NCBI GenBank assembly: GCA_009842645.1
Contig: VYFB01000068.1
Location: forward strand, 10,904-74,903
Length of the DNA: 64,000 nt
Reading direction: 5' to 3'
Source of the DNA: Nitrospira sp. SB0677_bin_15
GTDB taxonomy: Bacteria > Nitrospirota > Nitrospiria > Nitrospirales > UBA8639
Below, piece by piece: positions 10,665 to 19,662 of the stretch (its first letter is position 1; the number at the start of each line of letters is the position of its first letter). Both the position numbers and the translations under genes were made by a program. The notes under the pieces are model-generated. The model did not search any database, was not told where the DNA came from, and worked only from the letters and a program-made list of their open reading frames with translations.

Positions 10665-10702
10665 CCCCCTCACCCCAGCCCTCTCCCTCGTTGGGGAGAG
10701 GG
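10665..10702. repeat. Family A hairpin repeat (copy A2)
   Basis: ccccctcaccccagccctctccctcgttggggagaggg, starting 8 nt after the zinc-ribbon gene stop. Same orientation as A1. Confidence 0.8.
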
Positions 10703-10747
10703 TGTGAATGCCTCTACCCCACCTGACCTCCCCTTACAAAGGGGAGG
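10703..10747. repeat. Family C repeat (copy 1)
   Basis: gaatgcctctaccccacctgacctccccttacaaaggggagg. The reverse complement is similar to 44790-44837. Confidence 0.6.
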
Positions 10748-10757
10748 AAATAACGGA

Positions 10758-11138
10758 CTACTGAAACATCGCCTGCATCTGCGGCGGTCTCTTGATGATT
10801 TTCCCCTTGGCGTCGATGGTGACGAGGGTGGCTGATCCTTCGACGATCAGGCGTTGACTGGTTGTTTCCCGGATCACGTGGGAGAAGGTGATGGCGGTTT
10901 TTCGGGATGCCGAGGCCACCGTTTCGACGTGGAGGGTTTCTCCATAATGCGCCGCCGAGCGGTAAGAGATTTCCGCATGGGTGACCAAAAAGTAGATGCC
11001 TTGCCGTTGAAATTCCGCGACCGAAATTCCGTGTGTGAGCAGGTATTCGGTCCTCGCCCGTTCAAAATATTTGAGGTAGTTGGCGTAATACACCACGCCG
11101 CCGCAGTCGGTGTCCTCATAATAGATTTTGACGTTCAC
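10758..11138 (-). CDS. Acyl-CoA thioesterase, 4HBT/YbgC family
   Basis: VNVKIYYEDTDCGGVVYYANYLKYFERAR...LVTHAEISY is the hot-dog fold thioesterase signature. Start set at GTG 11136-11138, just after the CARF gene stop; the track's longer ORF overlaps that gene. Confidence 0.75.
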   Translation of the reverse strand: MNVKIYYEDTDCGGVVYYANYLKYFERARTEYLLTHGISVAEFQRQGIYFLVTHAEISYRSAAHYGETLHVETVASASRKTAITFSHVIRETTSQRLIVEGSATLVTIDAKGKIIKRPPQMQAMFQ

Positions 11139-11143
11139 CGGCG

Positions 11144-12433
11144 TTACAGCGTCATCTTCGGGAAGACCGGCAAGTTGGAGTCGGTGACGTTGGTCAGTTT
11201 GATGGCCGCGGCATAGAACTGATGAAACCGGTCGGCTTTCGTGGTGTGAAACCCATGGCCCAGGACGCTCTGATGGGCCGCATCCCACAGCGTTTTGAGC
11301 TTGGTCCACTCGTTGACGAAGGTTTGCCCCATGGGATGCCCCAGCCCTGACAGGGCGCGAAATTGGGCATGAAGCGGCAGGTGAAACTTGCCGTCCACGT
11401 CGCTGCTATAACAGGTCCGGCAGGCTTCCTGCAGATCCTTCGGCAATTGGTCAACCTGTACGTCCCAACTCTTGATGCGATACTGTTTCCACAAGTGGTA
11501 CTGGGCATAAGCTTCCAAGGCTCGCAGCAACAGTTGGAGGGCAGAGTCGATTTGCTGCTCTCCGGCACGCCGTTTGGCATGGGCAAGCAGATCATGCGCC
11601 ACGGGAAGCTTGACGTCATCGGGGTCCATGACGATGCTTTCCAAAAATTTCAGGTTGTGTTTGACCCTGGACAGTAGTGATGACATGCCGGCCGGCCCAT
11701 CCCAGACCGAGGCCAACTCCAAGGCCTTGTGCGCGGTTTTGAGTTTGTCCCAGGCGTCCCGGTACTTGAAGCTTTCCCAGGCGGCATAGCCGTCGGCTAA
11801 ATCTGCGAGGCCGTGATACAGCGGTTTGAGGCTTCCCCCGACCAACGATTCAATGCGTCGAAACCGTTTGGCTGCCGATGAGAACCCTCCTTGATTGAAT
11901 AACAGGGCTGCTTCCTGCCGTGCCGGTACGGCTTCTTCGTTCCAGGGGTTTCCTTCCTGCCAGGCGAAGGCCCGGTCTCCGGCCTCGATCACGTCACTCC
12001 CTTCGACTCCGCTCAGGACAGGCAGGGCAGGCTTGCCCGTGCCGCTTCCTGGCGCGGTCAAGCCGACGACTTGCGACATCCACGGCCTGCAGGCGAGCAC
12101 CATTGCTGCGGCAATGGCCGGCGTGGTCCGGCTGAAGTCCACGACAAGCTCTCCGGGTTGCAGGCCCCAGGTCTTCAGCATCTCGGGAAGGCTCCTGGTT
12201 AGCGTTTGATGGACCGCGGTAAAACTCTCGGACTCTTCCGCAAAAATCCAATCCCACCGTTGCGGCATGGTGGTGATGGCCGGTTGAACTTCGGTTTCGA
12301 TGGAGCCTTTTCGGGACTCGGAGACGACGAAACAGAGAAACTCCGGGGCGAGCCGGTTGATGCAGGCTTGCACCGGAATAGGGTCCTCTGACACTGCGAT
12401 GAGTAAGGCTTTGGTCCGATATTCCCCGCTCAT
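11144..12433 (-). CDS. Orphan CARF-domain protein, TIGR02710-like (CARF + HEPN-like helical domain)
   Basis: N-terminal Rossmann-like ALLIAVSEDPIPVQACINRLAPEFLCFVVSE. C-terminal AKRRAGEQQIDSALQLLLRALEAYAQYHL ... HQSVLGHGF resembles the Cas02710 family. Start set at ATG 12431-12433 (MSGEYRT); upstream ORF sequence is repeat-derived. Confidence 0.55.
   Translation of the reverse strand: MSGEYRTKALLIAVSEDPIPVQACINRLAPEFLCFVVSESRKGSIETEVQPAITTMPQRWDWIFAEESESFTAVHQTLTRSLPEMLKTWGLQPGELVVDFSRTTPAIAAAMVLACRPWMSQVVGLTAPGSGTGKPALPVLSGVEGSDVIEAGDRAFAWQEGNPWNEEAVPARQEAALLFNQGGFSSAAKRFRRIESLVGGSLKPLYHGLADLADGYAAWESFKYRDAWDKLKTAHKALELASVWDGPAGMSSLLSRVKHNLKFLESIVMDPDDVKLPVAHDLLAHAKRRAGEQQIDSALQLLLRALEAYAQYHLWKQYRIKSWDVQVDQLPKDLQEACRTCYSSDVDGKFHLPLHAQFRALSGLGHPMGQTFVNEWTKLKTLWDAAHQSVLGHGFHTTKADRFHQFYAAAIKLTNVTDSNLPVFPKMTL
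11999..12032. repeat. Collapsed family I repeat lying in frame inside the CARF CDS
   Basis: cccttcgactccgctcaggacaggcagggcaggc, encoding ...PALPVLSGVEGSD... Shares the cttcgactcc / gctcaggacagg / cagggcaggc blocks with 12501-12579 and 51727-51785. Confidence 0.6.
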
Positions 12434-12500
12434 GACCGCGAAACTATACCATCGCCTTCCGGCAAACTCCAAGCGCCGACTGTGTAGGGGACGGCCCCGT

Positions 12501-12665
12501 GCCTGCCCTGACCCTTCGACTCCAGGCGCAGGGCAACTTACGCCCTTTGACAAGCTCAGGACAGGCTCAGGGTGAACGGAGAGGGGGCCATACAACGATT
12601 TCAGTTTGGCGGTTCCCTCCCTCCGTTCGCCCTGAGCGTAGCGATAGCGAAGTCGAAGGGTGCCG
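12501..12665. repeat. Composite family I + family H repeat (copy 1)
   Basis: gcctgccctgacccttcgactccaggcgc...gctcaggacagg, then ...cctgagcgtagcgatagcgaagtcgaagg. Same composite at 51727-51850. Confidence 0.7.
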
Positions 12666-12914
12666 TCCCGAATTGGCCGGAAGGCAGGTACAGGGACCTG
12701 TTCTTATAGCTCCCCACCGGTTCGCCGGCGGGCTGCGCCCTTGGCTCCCCGACTCCCCCTCAAGGGGGGAGTGATGAAGACAGGGGTAATTTTATAGACC
12801 AATAGGTATAATATAGTTGAGATTTAGGAAGTAGTGGGCCTAGAATCGCTTCTGGCCGTTTCGGCATGAAAGAAGAAACGTTGTTTGTCAGGACCAACAT
12901 TCGTTGGGTTGCCG

Positions 12915-13961
12915 ATGCAGAAAAACATTCCAGTGGTTGATGATGATCCAGACGCCGTGTTCCGCGAGGACGTCGATTCACGGTACGGCACCATCGTAGC
13001 GGACACGCCGGCCATGGCGTCTCTCGTTGCATTGATCAAACGGGCAGCGGATTCGGATGCCACCGTGCTGTTGCTGGGAGAAAGCGGGACGGGCAAGGAA
13101 CTCTTTGCCAGGTCCATCCATCAATGGAGCAGGCGGATTGAGAATCCCTTCGTCGTGCTCAATTGTGTGGCCCTGACCGAGACCCTGCTCGAAAACGAAT
13201 TGTTCGGTCACGAAAAAGGCGCGTTCACGGGCGCGACCGCGCAACAAAAAGGCAAGGTCGAACTGGCCGATAACGGCACCCTCTTTCTGGACGAGATCGG
13301 GGACATGGCACTGGACCTGCAAGCCAAATTGTTGCGTCTTCTACAGGACCGGGAATTTCACCGCGTAGGCGGGACGCACTTGGTTCAGGTCAACATCCGG
13401 GTCATCGCCGCGACGAACTGCGATCTGTCAAAGGCTGTGAGAGAAGGCAAGTTCCGTGAGGACTTATTTCATCGGTTAAACGTGATCAGTTTTTCCATAC
13501 CTCCCTTACGAGACCGACCCGATGAGATTCCTCATTTGGCCGGCCTGTTCTTCCGGCGCTATACCAAGGAGATGGGAAAGCCGGGCATGCGGCTGACGGA
13601 AGCCGCCCTCGGGGCCATGCAGCGGTACCGGTGGCCGGGCAACGTGCGGGAATTGGAGAACGCCGTGGCCCGGGCCGTGGTCCTGTCCACGGACCGCGAA
13701 ATTGGTCCCGAGCATTTACGTCTCCCACAGGATTACGAAGCAAAGTCCCAAGTTCATGAAGAGGAGCCCCAGGTCAGGGAGTCCGGCGCGTTGCTCTACC
13801 ATCAGGCCATGGAACGGTATCGCTATTTTCTGATTGAACAGGCGCTGAAACGCACTCACGGCAACCAGACCAAGGCTGCCGAAGCGCTCGGACTTCAGCG
13901 CTCCTACCTCGCGCGCGTTCTCAAACAGAAACAGGCAGAAAATCGCAAAAACGAGAAGTAG
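12915..13961 (+). CDS. Sigma-54-dependent transcriptional activator lacking a receiver domain
   Basis: AAA+ core [20 protein letters not shown] loop (EKGAFTGA), and a C-terminal Fis-type HTH ([17 protein letters not shown]). Only ~35 aa precede the AAA+ domain. ATG at 12915. Confidence 0.85.
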   Translation: MQKNIPVVDDDPDAVFREDVDSRYGTIVADTPAMASLVALIKRAADSDATVLLLGESGTGKELFARSIHQWSRRIENPFVVLNCVALTETLLENELFGHEKGAFTGATAQQKGKVELADNGTLFLDEIGDMALDLQAKLLRLLQDREFHRVGGTHLVQVNIRVIAATNCDLSKAVREGKFREDLFHRLNVISFSIPPLRDRPDEIPHLAGLFFRRYTKEMGKPGMRLTEAALGAMQRYRWPGNVRELENAVARAVVLSTDREIGPEHLRLPQDYEAKSQVHEEEPQVRESGALLYHQAMERYRYFLIEQALKRTHGNQTKAAEALGLQRSYLARVLKQKQAENRKNEK

Positions 13962-13975
13962 GGCAGCTTCCCGGG

Positions 13976-15820
13976 TCAACCGGCCGGAAGCGTAAAATAA
14001 AATCGGGTCCCGCTGCCTACTGTGCTTTCCACCCAAATCCGTCCTCGATGCAGGTCCACCAGGCTTTTCGTAATTGCCAACCCCAAGCCTGCTCCCCGTG
14101 TCTCCGTCGTCCCGCTGTCGTTCCGGTAGAAGCGATCGAAGACGTTGGGCGCCTCTTCGGGGGCGATGCCACAGCCCGTGTCGGCGACACACACTTGGAT
14201 CGTGGAGTTTTGCAACGGCACGAGTGAAATCGAAATGCGACCGGATGAAGGCGTAAATTTTATGGCGTTGTGAATGAGATTCGTCAGAATCTGAAGAATC
14301 TTGTCCCGGTCTCCCTGTACCGGCGCAAGCTGCGAAGGGGTCGTGGCCTCCAGCACAAGGGATTTCTCTTCCGCTTGGGGGCGCAGATTGTCCAAGGCTT
14401 CAGCGGTCACTTCGGTCAGCGAGACGTCAGTCAACCGTAATGCCACGTGACCGGCTTCGATACGGGACAAGTCCAGCAGGTCGTTCAGCGTTCGCGTCAA
14501 TCGGTCGATGTTATATTTGACCCGCGTGAGATACAAGACTTGTCGCTCACGTAAATCCCCGGTCACGCCGGTCAGCATGTTTTCCACGAAGCCTTTTATG
14601 GAGGTCAGGGGCGTGCGTATTTCGTGCGACGCAATGGAGACGAAGGCGGATTTGCGTTCATCGAGTTCCCGGAGCCGTTCGTTGGCGACTGCGAGGGAGC
14701 GCGTTCGTTCCAGGATCCGGTTTTCCAACTCCGCGTTCAGTGTGCGGAGTTCCACAACGGTGCGTTCCTGTTCGAGATAGGCTTCTCGAAGCTCTTCGTG
14801 TCGGGCATCTACGGAATCCACTTGTTCTTTGAGCAAGGTTTTCTGTTCTTCCACTTTCTTCTTGAGACGATACCAATTCCAGATGAACCAGGAGGCCAAG
14901 CCCGGGATGAGGGTCCGGAGGCTTGCCTCCAACCAGGACCATTCAGGGTGCATCGCTCTGACGTAGACGAAGGCCAGAATGCTCATACACGCCACGGTCC
15001 CGGTCACGACCCATCCACGGGTTTCAGAGAGCGGCTGGGCGGGCCAATGGAATTCCCATTCACAGGACTCGTCCCCATCTGCCATGCATCGGAGGTCCCG
15101 GACGCTGGCGAATCCCAGGTGATGAACCAGTTGCGGCACAGCCAGGAGTCCGGCCTTCGATGCCTGGCAGATGACATAGGCGCACCGGTTCCGATAAGGG
15201 CCAAATTGTTGAGCGACGTGTTCGGTCAGCGTCATACCCAGGACGGCTGAACCATTGGTCACGTTGCGTACGCTGAAACGAAGGGAGTCTTTGGCAAATT
15301 TTTCTCCGAAGCGCGGGAACAGTTCGAAGATTTGCACAACGGAAAACGGACGCCCCAGGGTTTGAATGACGGGAGAAATGAATTTGTGTTTGCCCATTTC
15401 GAATTGAAAGTTCGGATCCTCGGAGATGAGGATGCAGAATTCACCGAGATAAATGGCGAATTCATAAGAATAACTGTGCCAGATGTTTTGTAAGAATTCG
15501 GGGGTCACGTGGTACGAGGGATCGCTGATCCGGGTGTTCAGCGAATCGCAGAGGCGCTCGATGGCTTGCCGACCGGCGGCTTCTCCGTTTTTCTTGCCGA
15601 CGACTTCTTCCAGGTATTCGACGTTTGCCTTGATCGTAATTCCGCTCACGTCGCGGATTTTCCGTCCGTCCGGGGTCACGCCGAACGGACGAAATTGCAT
15701 GACGGGTCTTTCCAGGATGGAATGCTTTTTCGAAAGCAGCTTCATGGAGCCACTCGCAGGTGTGCCGGACGCGGATTCCCGGTTTACCGGAAACGACCCG
15801 GTTGCTACGGGCTCGCTCAT
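13976..15820 (-). CDS. Sensor histidine kinase (unassigned N-terminal sensor region, 2 TM, HisKA, HATPase_c)
   Basis: H-box SIASHEIRTPL, N-box LIHNAIKFT, G-boxes DTGCGI and GAGLGLAI. ATG 15818-15820 overlaps the apaH stop (ATGA). Confidence 0.85.
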   Translation of the reverse strand: MSEPVATGSFPVNRESASGTPASGSMKLLSKKHSILERPVMQFRPFGVTPDGRKIRDVSGITIKANVEYLEEVVGKKNGEAAGRQAIERLCDSLNTRISDPSYHVTPEFLQNIWHSYSYEFAIYLGEFCILISEDPNFQFEMGKHKFISPVIQTLGRPFSVVQIFELFPRFGEKFAKDSLRFSVRNVTNGSAVLGMTLTEHVAQQFGPYRNRCAYVICQASKAGLLAVPQLVHHLGFASVRDLRCMADGDESCEWEFHWPAQPLSETRGWVVTGTVACMSILAFVYVRAMHPEWSWLEASLRTLIPGLASWFIWNWYRLKKKVEEQKTLLKEQVDSVDARHEELREAYLEQERTVVELRTLNAELENRILERTRSLAVANERLRELDERKSAFVSIASHEIRTPLTSIKGFVENMLTGVTGDLRERQVLYLTRVKYNIDRLTRTLNDLLDLSRIEAGHVALRLTDVSLTEVTAEALDNLRPQAEEKSLVLEATTPSQLAPVQGDRDKILQILTNLIHNAIKFTPSSGRISISLVPLQNSTIQVCVADTGCGIAPEEAPNVFDRFYRNDSGTTETRGAGLGLAITKSLVDLHRGRIWVESTVGSGTRFYFTLPAG

Positions 15821-16617
15821 TGACACGTAATCGTATATAGCTTCCGGTCCTCAAGTCTCAGACAGGCTAACTCGTTTCCCCAGACACATCCTCCGTCCAG
15901 CGCGATCATTTTTTCCTCTATGCACGTCCCCAAGGCTGACCAATGCCCGCAGATTATGGTTTCTGTTCGTTGGGTGCAGGAGGGAAGGCGAAACCAGGGA
16001 AAAAGGCCGGATGGTGCCTGTTCCGGCGGACCTTTGAACGCCAGGTCGATATGGCCTTCTTGGGTACACATCCGCATTCTGGTCAGGACGTTCGTGATCG
16101 CGCCAAGTCGCGCAGGGGACGGGAGGGCGTCGGACCAACGGGTCTCCTCACTCCGGTAAATGAAAGGTAAAAGAGTCTGATACCGTTCGGACCTGAGAGC
16201 ATCCTCTACTTCGCCGGCCAATACCACGGCCTGTTCCACGGACCATTGGGGAAGAATGCCGGCATGGACCATCACATAGTCGCCTTCACGATGAATCATG
16301 GATTGGCAACGAAGCCAGTCGAGCAATGCGTTGGCGTCGGGCGCCTCCAGGATTGGTTGCAGCGTGTCCTGTTTCCGGAGCCGCGCGACTCCGCAATGGA
16401 TCGCCAGGACATGCAGGTCGTGGTTGCCCAGCACGACTACGCAACGTCCTTCGAGACCCTTGATGAAGCGCAGCACTTCCAAGGAATGAGGGCCGCGGTT
16501 GACCAAATCGCCGACAAACCACAGCCGGTCCGAAGACGGATCGAATCGAATGCGATCCAACAGTTTTTGGAGAGGGGTCAGGCACCCCTGAATATCGCCG
16601 AATGCATACGTGGCCAT
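15817..16617 (-). CDS. apaH: Symmetrical bis(5'-nucleosyl)-tetraphosphatase
   Basis: MATYAFGDIQGC...WFVGDLVNRGP...GNHD metallophosphatase motifs in ApaH order. Start set at ATG 16615-16617. Confidence 0.85.
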   Translation of the reverse strand: MATYAFGDIQGCLTPLQKLLDRIRFDPSSDRLWFVGDLVNRGPHSLEVLRFIKGLEGRCVVVLGNHDLHVLAIHCGVARLRKQDTLQPILEAPDANALLDWLRCQSMIHREGDYVMVHAGILPQWSVEQAVVLAGEVEDALRSERYQTLLPFIYRSEETRWSDALPSPARLGAITNVLTRMRMCTQEGHIDLAFKGPPEQAPSGLFPWFRLPSCTQRTETIICGHWSALGTCIEEKMIALDGGCVWGNELACLRLEDRKLYTITCQ

Positions 16618-16780
16618 TGGGTTCCTTTCAGCGTATCCTTCTTCAGACCTTAGCCAGAACCTGGGAATGGTGCAAGGAAAATGTGGCTGCGTTCCTTTCA
16701 CCTTGAATCCTCTTGGTGGGTGTAGGTACGATCAGATAGCCAGTGTTGATAGACAAAAGTGGTGGAAAGGACGCCCTGAT

Positions 16781-17440
16781 ATGGAACGGATTCTTGAACC
16801 GGAAATTATGGACGGCGAAGAACAGGCCAAGGTCTATGCGACGGCCGATTTCGCGGAAGAAAATCAGGGGTTCGTTGATCAGTTTCTAGTCCTGTATCCC
16901 GATCTCCAGGAAGGAACCGTGTTGGATTTGGGCTGCGGCCCGGCGGATATTCCGGTCCGGCTTCTGCGCAGTCGTCCGGGGCTGTGCGTCATTGCGGTGG
17001 ATGCGTCCGGTCCCATGCTGCATTGGGCGGAAGAAGCCGTGCGTCAGGCAGGGCTTGAGGACCGGATCAAACTCATCTGCGGGCGGTTCCAGGACGTGCA
17101 GTTGGACGGCCAGGCGGATGCCGTGATCTCCAATAGCCTGGTGCATCACGTGCCCAATGCCTTTCAGTTTTGGTATGCCCTGAAAACCTTGGCCAAGCCC
17201 GGGGCACCCGTGCTTATCATGGATTTGTTGCGACCCGAGACTCCGGAAGAGGCCCGGGCATTGGTCGATCAATACGCGGCTGATGAGCCGGAACAACTGC
17301 GCCACGATTTTTATCATTCCCTGTTGAGCGCCTTCACCGAAGACGAAATCGCAGCTCAGTTGGCGGAAATGAATTTAAGCCGCCTGCTGATCGATGTCCC
17401 CGACGACCGGCATTGGCTCGTATCCGGCCGCGTGTATTAG
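16781..17440 (+). CDS. Class I SAM-dependent methyltransferase
   Basis: VLDLGCGPADIP motif I. ATG at 16781 (MERILEPEIMD...). Confidence 0.7.
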   Translation: MERILEPEIMDGEEQAKVYATADFAEENQGFVDQFLVLYPDLQEGTVLDLGCGPADIPVRLLRSRPGLCVIAVDASGPMLHWAEEAVRQAGLEDRIKLICGRFQDVQLDGQADAVISNSLVHHVPNAFQFWYALKTLAKPGAPVLIMDLLRPETPEEARALVDQYAADEPEQLRHDFYHSLLSAFTEDEIAAQLAEMNLSRLLIDVPDDRHWLVSGRVY

Positions 17441-17503
17441 CGGCCCCATTCGTCAACGGTCTTGACTGCATGAAGACGGGCTGGGTAAGGTGAGACTCCC
17501 CGC

Positions 17504-17577
17504 TGGGGGATCGTCTAGGGGCAAGACAACAGATTTTGGATCTGTGAACCCAGGTTCGATTCCTGGTCCCCCAGCCA
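17504..17577 (+). tRNA. tRNA-Gln (anticodon UUG)
   Basis: Manual cloverleaf: acceptor TGGGGGA/TCCCCCA, anticodon stem ACAGA/TCTGT with loop TTTTGGA, T-arm CCAGG-TTCGATT-CCTGG, encoded CCA end. Confidence 0.85.
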
Positions 17578-17632
17578 ATTTTCTGTCCGGGCTTGGCTAC
17601 TTCACACCAACAACTGCGGGAAGGCCTGAAAC

Positions 17633-18751
17633 GTGAGCGATTCGCCTCGCATGACGTATCAAGGGTCAGGGGTTGATGCGGACCAAGTCGCCCAATCCCT
17701 GGCCGACGTTACCGAGCAGCTTCGTCAGACGTGGACCGTCCCCAAGGGAAAAATCGGCAGCGTTCGTCTGGATTTCGGGTTGTTCGCCAACATCATCGAA
17801 ATCGGTAATAACAGGGGCATTGCCATGACCACGGACGGCGTTGGGTCCAAGGTCCTGGTGGCCCAGCGTATGGGCAAATACGATACGATCGGCATTGATT
17901 GCATTGCCATGAACGTCAACGATCTGCTTTGCGTCGGGGCGACCCCGCTGGCCATGGTGGATTATATCGCGGTGCAGGTGCTTGATCCGGGCTGCCTGGG
18001 GGAACTGGCAAAAGGATTAACCGAGGGTGCCCTGCGCGCCGGCATCTCCATCCCCGGTGGGGAAATTGCGCAGGTCAGGGACGTCATTAAGAGTGAGACA
18101 GGCAAGGACGGTGCAGGATTTGATTTGGCGGGTTCGGCTATCGGGATCGTGGATCTGGACAGGATCATCGTGGGGGAACGTGTCCGTCCGGGCGACGCGA
18201 TTATCGGCATTGAGAGCAACGGGGTGCACAGCAACGGCCTGACCCTGGCGCGCAAGGCGATCGGGCAGGACGTGTCCTTGTATGACAAGGCATTCCCCGA
18301 ACTCGGCCGGTCCTTGGGTGAAGAATTACTTCAGCCGACGCATATCTACACGCGGGAAATCCTGCCCCTCGTTAAAGCGGATTCGGATATCGACGTCAAG
18401 GCCCTGTTCCACATTACCGGTGACGGGTTTCTGAACCTAAGCCGTGTCCCACCTCGAGTCACGTTTGTGATTGAGATGGTTCCCTCGCCGCCTCCGGTCT
18501 TCTCCATCATTCAACAACTGGGTGGGATCGCCGATTCGGAAATGTTCGAGGTCTTCAACATGGGCACCGGCTTCTGTCTGGTGGTCCCGGAAACCCAAGC
18601 CGGCCGGACGCTTGAGCTGGTTGGCAGGTTTGGAAAAAAGGCTTACCGGCTCGGACACGTCACCGAACGGGACCCCGAGGATTGGGAAGTCGTGATCCAC
18701 ACCCCCGATGTGCGGTTCCGCGGAAAAGGGAAATCCTTCACTTCATTTTAG
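17633..18751 (+). CDS. purM: Phosphoribosylformylglycinamidine cyclo-ligase (AIR synthetase)
   Basis: TTDGVGSKVLVA, GIDCIAMNVNDLLCVGATPLAMVDY. Start is either GTG 17633 or ATG 17651. Confidence 0.85.
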   Translation: MSDSPRMTYQGSGVDADQVAQSLADVTEQLRQTWTVPKGKIGSVRLDFGLFANIIEIGNNRGIAMTTDGVGSKVLVAQRMGKYDTIGIDCIAMNVNDLLCVGATPLAMVDYIAVQVLDPGCLGELAKGLTEGALRAGISIPGGEIAQVRDVIKSETGKDGAGFDLAGSAIGIVDLDRIIVGERVRPGDAIIGIESNGVHSNGLTLARKAIGQDVSLYDKAFPELGRSLGEELLQPTHIYTREILPLVKADSDIDVKALFHITGDGFLNLSRVPPRVTFVIEMVPSPPPVFSIIQQLGGIADSEMFEVFNMGTGFCLVVPETQAGRTLELVGRFGKKAYRLGHVTERDPEDWEVVIHTPDVRFRGKGKSFTSF

Positions 18752-18800
18752 CGGTGGGTCAACGACGCGGTGTCCTAGCACCGGCATTGACACATGACCT

Positions 18801-19586
18801 ATGACGTCGCCTTCCAGGATCCGGTACATCAGTAGTGCGCAGAATGCTCACGTGAAGCGATGGTCGGCATTACGGGAGGCTCGTGGGATTGAACGGTTCC
18901 GGCAGTGTCTCGTCTCGGGGGAAAAAGTCGTTCGGGAAACTTTAGCGCAGCATCCCGCGCTGTGTCTCGAGCTCATCCATCTCACCGGGACGCCCCTACC
19001 TTTCTCGATGCCGGCTCACGTTAAAGCCTATGCCCTCACCACTCCGCTTTTCGAGAAGATCGACCTCTTTGGCACGGGGGCTCCGGTCCTGGTCTGTCAA
19101 GTCCCTCTCTGTCCCTTCGCAGACCTTGAGGCTCGACCTCGGGGCCTCGAAATCCTGTGCCCCTTGGGCGATCCGGCGAACGTGGGAGCCTTGATCCGGA
19201 CGGCGGCGGCCTTGGGCGTCGCGCGGGTTATTCTGCTGAAAGAATCAGCCCATCCCTATCATCCCAAAGCGACCCGGGCAGCCAGCGGCACGACGTTCAC
19301 GGTGTCTCTAGCGCAGGGTCCTTCGATTAAGGATTTGCCGGAACCTGCCACGTGGGTGACTCTGGATACGCAGGGTGAAAGTTTGCCCGCGTTTCAATGG
19401 CCAAAAGACATTCGTCTGCTGGTGGGAGAGGAAGGCCTAGGTCTGCCGCCCATCTCCTCCGGCACACGAGTTGCCGTCCCCATGACCGACTCGGTCGAAT
19501 CCCTCAACGCCGTTGTCGCCGCGGGTATGGCGCTGTATGCCTATCGGGTCCAGCATCTCTTGACAAAGCGTGGGCTTCGCAGCTAG
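18801..19586 (+). CDS. TrmH/SpoU-family RNA 2'-O-methyltransferase
   Basis: 261 aa. C-terminal SpoU knot motifs LLVGEEGLGLP and ESLNAVVAAGMALY. Confidence 0.75.
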   Translation: MTSPSRIRYISSAQNAHVKRWSALREARGIERFRQCLVSGEKVVRETLAQHPALCLELIHLTGTPLPFSMPAHVKAYALTTPLFEKIDLFGTGAPVLVCQVPLCPFADLEARPRGLEILCPLGDPANVGALIRTAAALGVARVILLKESAHPYHPKATRAASGTTFTVSLAQGPSIKDLPEPATWVTLDTQGESLPAFQWPKDIRLLVGEEGLGLPPISSGTRVAVPMTDSVESLNAVVAAGMALYAYRVQHLLTKRGLRS

Positions 19587-19662
19587 GGCTATGTCTTGGC
19601 CGCATGGGTAAGGTTCGAACACAATGGTGCCGGGACCATTGTGGCTATCAAGGAGGAATCAC

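Noticed and set aside
10131-10702. Family A repeats as a possible CRISPR array, prompted by the nearby CARF gene.
   Set aside because: There are only two local copies, 495 bp apart, with a gene between them. Other copies are scattered across the window. The element is a hairpin REP-type repeat, and no cas genes are present.
12434-12595. N-terminal 54 codons of the track ORF for the CARF gene.
   Set aside because: The sequence is a translation of the I/H repeat (PVLSLSKGVSCPAPGVEGS...). An internal ATG at 12433 starts the CARF fold.
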